Of a stretch of 64,000 nucleotides of DNA, positions 57,552 through 64,000 are shown piece after piece. Origin of the DNA: an uncultured bacterium (GTDB lineage Bacteria; Fidelibacterota; Marinisomatia; Marinisomatales; Marinisomataceae); NCBI GenBank assembly GCA_905182795.1, contig CAJJCZ010000004.1, positions 68,506 through 132,505 of the forward strand, read 5' to 3'. Positions within the stretch are counted from its first letter, which is position 1. Each line of letters opens with the position of its first letter. The translations under genes were made by a program, and so were the position numbers. Under the pieces are notes generated by a model that had not been told where the DNA came from, did no database searches, and worked only from the letters and a program-made list of their open reading frames with translations.

Positions 57552-57959
57552 CTAATTCTCCTTTTCTAAAGAAATATTGTGATCAAATTTTACAAATTCA
57601 TTATTTTCATTTTTAATGACTGCAACAAAAGTAAAGTTTGCTGTACAAGCTAAACGCTTACCATGTACTTTACTTTCTGCATAAGCTTTTACCGCAATTT
57701 TAATAGAAGATTTTCCAGCTTCATACACAACTGCTTCGCAATTCACCCAATCTCCCAAAAAGACAGGTTCTTTAAATTCTACACTATCCATAGCTCTTGT
57801 TACTGCACTAGAAGCTTCTGTTTCTTTTAAAAAACGACTCGATGCTTTTCCTGCAGCCAAGTCTAGCCATGCTAACATATAACCCCCAAATAGGGTGTTC
57901 ACACTATTAATATGTTGATGCTGAACTAGCTCTGAATAGTTGGTTATTGGATTACTCAT
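57552..57959 (-). CDS. Acyl-CoA thioesterase (hotdog, YciA-like)
   Basis: HINSVNTLFGGYMLAWLD, VEFKEPV..G, FTFVA. Confidence 0.88.
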   Translation of the reverse strand: MSNPITNYSELVQHQHINSVNTLFGGYMLAWLDLAAGKASSRFLKETEASSAVTRAMDSVEFKEPVFLGDWVNCEAVVYEAGKSSIKIAVKAYAESKVHGKRLACTANFTFVAVIKNENNEFVKFDHNISLEKEN

Positions 57960-58027
57960 TACTTCAATTTAAAAGAATTGTTTTTCTATTGATAGTTATT
58001 TATTCAAATAATAACTATAAAAACTTC

Positions 58028-59305
58028 TTAGAATTGATCTTCTTCTGTTGATCCTGACATTGCACTAGTTGAAGATTCTCCAGCGATACAATTATTTACT
58101 GCATCAAAATAGCCAGTACCTACTTCTTGTTGATGCGCTGAAAATGTATAACCTCTATCGTGATCAGCAAATTCTTTCTCTTGAAGCTCCACATATGCAG
58201 TCATGCCATCTTTAACGTATTTTTTAGTTAAGTCAAACATACCATGCCACATAGAATGAATTCCTGCTAGTGTAATAAATTGAAACTTATATCCCATTGC
58301 ACCCAGTTCTCTTTGAAATTTTGCAATCGTAGCATCATCTAAATTTGCCTTCCAATTAAAAGAAGGAGAGCAGTTATATGCTAACATCAACTCAGGATGA
58401 TCTTTTTTAATAGATTCTGCAAATTTCTTTGCTTCTTCAAGATTTGGTTTACCAGTTTCACACCATAATAAATCAGAATATGGCGCATATGACAGTCCTC
58501 TAGAGATTGCTTGATCAATACCTGGATTTACGCGATAAAAACCTTCTGAAGTTCTTTCTCCGGTGACAAATTTAGCATCTCTTTCATCTATATCTGATGT
58601 TAGTAGATCTGCTGCATTAGCATCAGTTCTTGCTACAATTAATGTTGGGACATTAGAAACATCTGCAGCTAATCTTGCAGCAACCAATTTATTGATAGCT
58701 TCTTGCGTTGGTACTAATACTTTCCCGCCCATATGACCGCATTTTTTAACACTGGCAAGCTGATCTTCAAAATGCACTCCAGCAGCTCCTGCTTTGATCA
58801 TTGCCTTCATTAGTTCAAATGCATTTAACACACCACCAAATCCTGCTTCTGCATCTGCAACAATTGGAGTAAAAAAGTCAACTTTTGGATTACCATTTGA
58901 GTTCATCCATTCAATTTGGTCAGCTCTTTTAAATGAACTATTAATTCTTTTAACAAGAGACGGTACAGAATCAACAGGATACAGGGACTGATCTGGGTAC
59001 ATAGCTCCAGCGCTATTACCATCTGCGGCAACTTGCCAACCTGAACAATAAATAGCTTTTGCGCCAGCTTTTACCCCTTGAATAGCTTGTCCGCCGGTTA
59101 ATGTACCTAGACAATGGACATAATCTTCCTCTTTTAGCATCTTCCAAAGCTTTTCTGCTCCAAGTCTGGCTATTGTATATTCTGGTTGGAGTGAACCTCT
59201 CAACCTTACTACTTCCTCTGCGGTATAAGGTCTTTTAACGTAAGACCATCGTTTATTCATTTCCCAATCATTCTTTAAATCTGAAATTTGTTTTTTTATA
59301 TCCAT
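58028..59305 (-). CDS. aceA: Isocitrate lyase
   Basis: [37 protein letters not shown]. Confidence 0.98.
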   Translation of the reverse strand: MDIKKQISDLKNDWEMNKRWSYVKRPYTAEEVVRLRGSLQPEYTIARLGAEKLWKMLKEEDYVHCLGTLTGGQAIQGVKAGAKAIYCSGWQVAADGNSAGAMYPDQSLYPVDSVPSLVKRINSSFKRADQIEWMNSNGNPKVDFFTPIVADAEAGFGGVLNAFELMKAMIKAGAAGVHFEDQLASVKKCGHMGGKVLVPTQEAINKLVAARLAADVSNVPTLIVARTDANAADLLTSDIDERDAKFVTGERTSEGFYRVNPGIDQAISRGLSYAPYSDLLWCETGKPNLEEAKKFAESIKKDHPELMLAYNCSPSFNWKANLDDATIAKFQRELGAMGYKFQFITLAGIHSMWHGMFDLTKKYVKDGMTAYVELQEKEFADHDRGYTFSAHQQEVGTGYFDAVNNCIAGESSTSAMSGSTEEDQF

Positions 59306-59306
59306 T

Positions 59307-60878
59307 CTATAATTCCCCGTATGCTTTAATTGTTAAAAAATCTTCTAAGTTTTCTGATAAAGTAATTTCTTCTAAAATAGATCTTGCTCTACTAAAATTA
59401 CCATTATGAAAAGTATCTTTGCCAACTTCATTCTCTACATTTTGAAATTCTTCATCTAAACAAGACAAAAATAAGTTTTTATCAACAATCTTTCCATTAT
59501 CTAACTTGTTTTTATGTTTTATCCATTGCCATATAGATGCTCTAGAGATTTCTGCTGTAGCAGCATCTTCCATCAATCCATAAATAGCCGTACATCCTAC
59601 CCCACTAATCCATGATTCGATATACCTCAAACTAATTCTAATGTTTAAACGTAAACATTCTTCTGTGCTAACTCCGCTATATCCAGATAGTAAATCTTGA
59701 GCACTAACGATATCTTCTGTCATAAAATCTAACTGATTGGTTTGTGATTGCTTAAAATTTTTATGAAAAATTTCATTAACAAAATCAGCAAGTCCGGGAT
59801 GCGCTATCCAGGTTCCATCATGTCCATTTTCAATTTCAAATAACTTATCTTTTCTTACTTTATTCAAAATTTTTCGATTCTCTTCGTTGTCTTTAGAAGG
59901 AACAAACGCAGCCATTCCACCCATTCCAAATGCTCCTCTTTTATGACATGTGTTTACTAGTAAAGTGGAGTACGATGATAAAAATGATTTATCCATTGTA
60001 ATTAGTTGTCGATCAGGTAATACTTTGTCTGGAAACGCTTGTAATGTTTTGATATAACTAAAAATATAATCCCATCTACCACAATTCAATCCCACAATAT
60101 GATCTTTTAAATAATATAAAATCTCTTCCATTTGAAAAACTGCTGGTAAGGTTTCTATCAACAAAGTTACTCTTACTGTACCTCTATCAAGATTGAGTTC
60201 ATCTTCACAAAAACATATTATCTTACTCCACAACTCTGCTTCTTTGTAAGATTCTAATTTTGGAATATAAAAATAAGGTCCTGTACCAAAACTTTTTAAT
60301 GCTTGATGATTGTGGAATAGATACATCGCAAAATCTACCAAAGCCCCATACATGGGTGTACCATCTGCAATAATATGTTTTTCTTTCAAATGAAGCCCCC
60401 TTACTCGACACATTAGAGTAGCAGGATTTGAATTTAAGTTATACTTTTTTAAAGTAACGCGATGTTCAAATGATATAGTTCGATGCGCAGCATCTCTCAT
60501 ATTAACCATTCCATTTTGGATATTTTCCCAAGTTGGAGATAGTGAGTCTTCAAAATCTGCCATAAATACATTTACATTTGCGTTCAAAGCATTGATTATC
60601 ATTTTTCTATCAACAGGCCCTGTGATCTCTAATTTTCTATTAAGCAGATCTATTGGAATGTCTCTGACCTTCCACGCAGACTCACGTATTTCTTTAGTTT
60701 CAGGATCGAATCCAGGTAAGATTCCAGAGTCTACCAACCCTTGATTACTTTTTCTTTCACTAAGAACGTCATCAATTTTGGTATTAAAAATTTTATGAAG
60801 TTTTTCGAGTAGTAATTGCGCATCATCAGGAAAGATATCTGACGCTTGACTTGAAATTTCTTTTAAAAAATGTAGAAT
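59307..60878 (-). CDS. aceB: Malate synthase A, inferred ATT start
   Basis: [49 protein letters not shown]. The frame stays open upstream of the track start (60737) with homologous sequence; SD AAGGGGAG lies 7 nt before ATT 60878. Start position is less certain than the product. Confidence 0.93.
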   Translation of the reverse strand: MLHFLKEISSQASDIFPDDAQLLLEKLHKIFNTKIDDVLSERKSNQGLVDSGILPGFDPETKEIRESAWKVRDIPIDLLNRKLEITGPVDRKMIINALNANVNVFMADFEDSLSPTWENIQNGMVNMRDAAHRTISFEHRVTLKKYNLNSNPATLMCRVRGLHLKEKHIIADGTPMYGALVDFAMYLFHNHQALKSFGTGPYFYIPKLESYKEAELWSKIICFCEDELNLDRGTVRVTLLIETLPAVFQMEEILYYLKDHIVGLNCGRWDYIFSYIKTLQAFPDKVLPDRQLITMDKSFLSSYSTLLVNTCHKRGAFGMGGMAAFVPSKDNEENRKILNKVRKDKLFEIENGHDGTWIAHPGLADFVNEIFHKNFKQSQTNQLDFMTEDIVSAQDLLSGYSGVSTEECLRLNIRISLRYIESWISGVGCTAIYGLMEDAATAEISRASIWQWIKHKNKLDNGKIVDKNLFLSCLDEEFQNVENEVGKDTFHNGNFSRARSILEEITLSENLEDFLTIKAYGEL

Positions 60879-60944
60879 AACTTGTCTCCCCTTAAGTTAA
60901 ATCTAAATAATTGTACACCTTAAAATACTACAAAATATGACAAC

Positions 60945-62234
60945 CTATGATAATTTTTTAGCCATGGCTTCACCTTCAGCCAAATCCACCTTAGAAAATA
61001 CATAAGCACCTAATACAAGAAGTATAATAATAGATTGGAATCCAATGCGAGCCGCGAGCTGTTGATCTGCAATAGCATTATTTATTAGTACTGTAACCGA
61101 ACCCATAAGTAGAGGTCCAAATACTGCCGCAAACTTACCCCACATATTGAAAAAGCCAAAAAACTCAGCAGATTTATTCTCAGGAATAATACGAGAATAC
61201 AAACTTCTACTAAGTGTTTGAATTCCACCTTGAAAACAACCAATTAATCCTGCTAAAATATAAAAATGCCATGCTTCTGTAACAAAATATCCACCCATAA
61301 TAATAAAAATATATGCCATAATAGCTGTATAGATTCCATTCTTTATACCTACTTTATCTGAAAATTTTATATAAAGTAGTGTAGCAAAAAATGCAACAAA
61401 TTGTACAAGAACGAGCGCTCCCATAATAGCCGTTTGATCGAAACCAAGATTAATACCAAAATTTGCCGCCATTCTTACTGTTGTATCTACCCCGTCAATA
61501 TAGAGCCAATAAGCTAGCAAAAAAGTAGCTACTACTTTTAAATTTTTTATTTCATCAAAGGTAGATTTAAACTGAGTGATTCCTTCTTTAACTGCATCAA
61601 CAATACCTTTTTTTTCAGAGTCTTTTTCTTCGTCCACAAATAAAATAAGAGGTATAGAAAATAATGCCCACCATATTCCAACAGATATAAAAGACCATTG
61701 AATTGCAGCAGTACTATCTGCTAAGCCAAAAGATTCAGGATAGGATAACATTAAAAAATTAATTACAATGAGTATCCCTCCCCCAAGATATCCTACAGAA
61801 TATCCTAACGCAGAAACATAATCTACTGTCTTTTCATTACTAACACTCGGCAACAAAGAGTCATAGAAGGTGTTAGCGCCTGAAAATCCAATAGTAGCAA
61901 AGATATAAACCAATAAAGCTATCGGCCACATACCTTGAGCAACAAAGCCTAAACCTACTGTCATTACAATACCCAAAAATGCAAAAAATATTAAAAATCT
62001 TTTCTTATAGCTTCCTCTATCTGCAATTGCACCAAGAAACGGTGCTAATAATGCAACGACAATAGATGCTATAGAATTTCCTAGCCCTAAGTAAAAAGTA
62101 CTAATTGATAGGTTATTTGGATCTGACCAATATTGAGAGAAAAAAATTGGAAAAAATCCTGCCATAACAGTAGTGGCAAATGCAGAATTTGCCCAATCAT
62201 ATAAAGCCCAACTATAAACTTTTTTTTGAATAAT
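60945..62234 (-). CDS. MFS transporter (UMF1/Atg22-like), inferred ATT start
   Basis: The conserved family N-terminus SWALYDWANSAFATTV lies upstream of the first ATG (62165); also GAIAD, YDSLLP, QTLSRSL, FFGFFNMWGK. Confidence 0.88.
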   Translation of the reverse strand: MIQKKVYSWALYDWANSAFATTVMAGFFPIFFSQYWSDPNNLSISTFYLGLGNSIASIVVALLAPFLGAIADRGSYKKRFLIFFAFLGIVMTVGLGFVAQGMWPIALLVYIFATIGFSGANTFYDSLLPSVSNEKTVDYVSALGYSVGYLGGGILIVINFLMLSYPESFGLADSTAAIQWSFISVGIWWALFSIPLILFVDEEKDSEKKGIVDAVKEGITQFKSTFDEIKNLKVVATFLLAYWLYIDGVDTTVRMAANFGINLGFDQTAIMGALVLVQFVAFFATLLYIKFSDKVGIKNGIYTAIMAYIFIIMGGYFVTEAWHFYILAGLIGCFQGGIQTLSRSLYSRIIPENKSAEFFGFFNMWGKFAAVFGPLLMGSVTVLINNAIADQQLAARIGFQSIIILLVLGAYVFSKVDLAEGEAMAKKLS

Positions 62235-63553
62235 TATCCCTTCCTAACAGACAACTTAATTGTTATACCATCTAAATCAAAAGATTCTCTAATCTGATTA
62301 TGTAAATATCGCTTATAAGCAACAGTAATCAGCTTAGGATAATTACAAAAAAAAGCAAATATTGGTGGCAAGAATTGTACTTGATCTACAAATTTTAGCC
62401 TAATTGACTTTCCTTGCAATGCTGGAGGTGGATATTTTCTGACTGCTTTTACAAGCCATTCATTTAATGCTTTTGTACTAATTTTATCTCTTTGTTTTTG
62501 GAATACAGCCCATGTCTCAGATAATACATTCGATATACGTCTTTTTGTTAAAGCAGATACAAAAAGTATAGGATAATATTGCATTAAATGAAATTCATGA
62601 ATCATCTCTTCTTTGAACATCTCTGCAGAAATATTTTTATTAGCAGTTAGGTCCCATTTGTTTACTAGTATTACCATCCTTTTTCCTCTACGGATAATTT
62701 CGCTAGCAATAGTTTTTTCTTGTTTTGTGAAGCCTTTTTCTGCGTCAATAACAAGTAAAACAACATCAGATCGTATTAGTGAGTCTACTGCTCTTAATGA
62801 ACTATAATATTCAATATCATCATCAATCTTACTCCTTTTTCTAAGTCCTGCAGTATCTACAATTTTAATAGAATGTCCATGCCATTTTATGTGAGTATCA
62901 ATAGAGTCTCTCGTCGTTCCAGCAATATCAGAAACAATGGCTTGTTCTTTTTGAATTAAAGCATTCAGAATAGACGATTTTCCAACATTAGGCATTCCAA
63001 CAATTGATATGGACATAGATTCTTCATCCATATCGTCAAAATCTTGTCCTTGAAGATCTTCATGCGCAAATAAAGTATCTAATACATCTCCAACGCCTGC
63101 TCCATTTAATCCTGAGATAGGTACAGGCTCTTTTAATCCTAGACTAAAGAAAGGGAGTATGCGATCACTATGATCTGGGGTATCGCACTTATTAACTGCT
63201 AAAACATAATTTTTACTAGAATGTCTCACCATCTTAGCTAGATGACCATCATTTGGATTCAAGCCATTTTTTCCATCTACCATAAAAATGATGCCGTCAC
63301 ATTCATTTAATGCTTCTATAATTTGTTCTTTAATTTTTTCATTAAAAATATCCTCATTCGAACTAACAAATCCTCCCGTATCAATAATATCAAATCCCTT
63401 ATTAAGCCACTCTCCCGAGGAATAGATTCTATCTCTTGTGACTCCTTCAACTTGATCAACAATAGATGTTCTTCTACCTGAAAGTCGATTAAAAAGTGTT
63501 GATTTCCCGACATTTGGTCGTCCTATTATGGCAATTTTAGATTTTTTATTCAT
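62234..63553 (-). CDS. der: Ribosome biogenesis GTPase Der
   Basis: Two G domains (GRPNVGKSTL / DTGG and GMPNVGKSS / GTTRD / DTAG) plus KH-like C-terminus. Confidence 0.97.
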   Translation of the reverse strand: MNKKSKIAIIGRPNVGKSTLFNRLSGRRTSIVDQVEGVTRDRIYSSGEWLNKGFDIIDTGGFVSSNEDIFNEKIKEQIIEALNECDGIIFMVDGKNGLNPNDGHLAKMVRHSSKNYVLAVNKCDTPDHSDRILPFFSLGLKEPVPISGLNGAGVGDVLDTLFAHEDLQGQDFDDMDEESMSISIVGMPNVGKSSILNALIQKEQAIVSDIAGTTRDSIDTHIKWHGHSIKIVDTAGLRKRSKIDDDIEYYSSLRAVDSLIRSDVVLLVIDAEKGFTKQEKTIASEIIRRGKRMVILVNKWDLTANKNISAEMFKEEMIHEFHLMQYYPILFVSALTKRRISNVLSETWAVFQKQRDKISTKALNEWLVKAVRKYPPPALQGKSIRLKFVDQVQFLPPIFAFFCNYPKLITVAYKRYLHNQIRESFDLDGITIKLSVRKG

Positions 63554-63600
63554 GTTGTTGAATTATACAAATAAGGTAGTTGTGGTGCTATAAAATTTAT

Positions 63601-64000
63601 TTAGCGGGAAATGTGAATTAATAACTCTAACCAAAGTGCTAGAGAAGCCATAAAGGCAACTTGAAAAATAGGAGCTCTTCTTGAAAGTTTTGGATTTGTG
63701 GATCTAATAATAAAATGAATTATTCTAAATGCCGTATAAAGCCAAGCAAGTGCAAGGGTGAATAATGTTACATGTCCTACTGTAAATGCTAAAATACAGT
63801 AACAATAAAAAATTAATGGTGCTTGATGTAAATTCTTATATAACTCCCTAGAAGACTGGACATTATCAGGGATTGCTTGCCATGAAGGCATATACTTTAG
63901 CCATCTCCAATCAAGCTCTTTACTCTTAATTGATTCTCGTAGAGTCATTGCATTCATTGCTGTATGTAAATGCGTCAAAAGGATGATAGGAAAAATTGGA
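63601..64000 (-). CDS. MAPEG-family membrane protein, 5' end beyond the window
   Basis: Y.NL.Q.P.IFY and LAWLYTAFRIIH motifs; frame stays open past the track TTG (63978) to the window end (..PIFPIILLTH..). Confidence 0.75.
   Translation of the reverse strand, partial: PIFPIILLTHLHTAMNAMTLRESIKSKELDWRWLKYMPSWQAIPDNVQSSRELYKNLHQAPLIFYCYCILAFTVGHVTLFTLALAWLYTAFRIIHFIIRSTNPKLSRRAPIFQVAFMASLALWLELLIHISR

Noticed and set aside
57992-58018. AT-only-rich hairpin ATAGTTATT/AATAACTAT after aceA
   Set aside because: Weak stem and no downstream U tract on the coding (minus) strand.
429-63513. Many short antisense or alternate-frame ORFs in the track (for example 429-707, 7726-8133, 8269-8706, 31558-31875, 32417-32794, 40646-41083, 44829-45155)
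   Set aside because: They lie wholly or almost wholly inside well-supported genes and show no recognisable motifs; they are shadow ORFs.
1-64000. tRNA, rRNA and IS/transposase sequences
   Set aside because: None recognised; intergenic gaps are mostly too short. tRNAscan-SE, Infernal and ISEScan runs would be needed to exclude them formally.

Overview
AT-rich, very compact bacterial chromosome segment, mostly housekeeping and metabolic genes, many joined by 1-8 nt overlaps. Gene families and neighbourhoods (DUF4837-like and DUF5683-like proteins, receiver-less sigma54-type ATPase next to LptE, PpiD-type PPIase, long-chain flavodoxin, many peptidases) suggest a streamlined FCB-superphylum heterotroph such as Marinimicrobia/SAR406; this is inference only. 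In order, the window holds: an ECF sigma locus; a 10-gene operon for the whole shikimate pathway plus the Phe/Tyr branch; hydrolases; an IDO-family heme dioxygenase; accA, lepA, nadE, asnS, uvrB, LPS genes, tatC, meaB, rpsT, fldA, guaB and alaS; pntAAB; an orphan Gp157 / RmuC / PD-(D/E)XK nuclease patch; pepA; aceB-aceA; an MFS transporter; der. The best hidden signal is missing from the ORF track: an 18-aa leader peptide MKNFFDYYYFRSRETVEA (10352-10408, minus) with three alternative helices (protector, antiterminator, terminator) upstream of the aro operon. This is a candidate dual Phe/Tyr-sensing ribosome attenuator over the entire pathway. Other highlights are two adjacent genes (aceB, MFS) that seem to need AUU starts, an ACT-less prephenate dehydratase, a Fur-like box before flavodoxin, and a prophage-free set of DNA-end-processing genes. 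I saw no rRNA, tRNA, CRISPR array, integrase or transposase. All family assignments come from motifs recognised by eye, not database searches.
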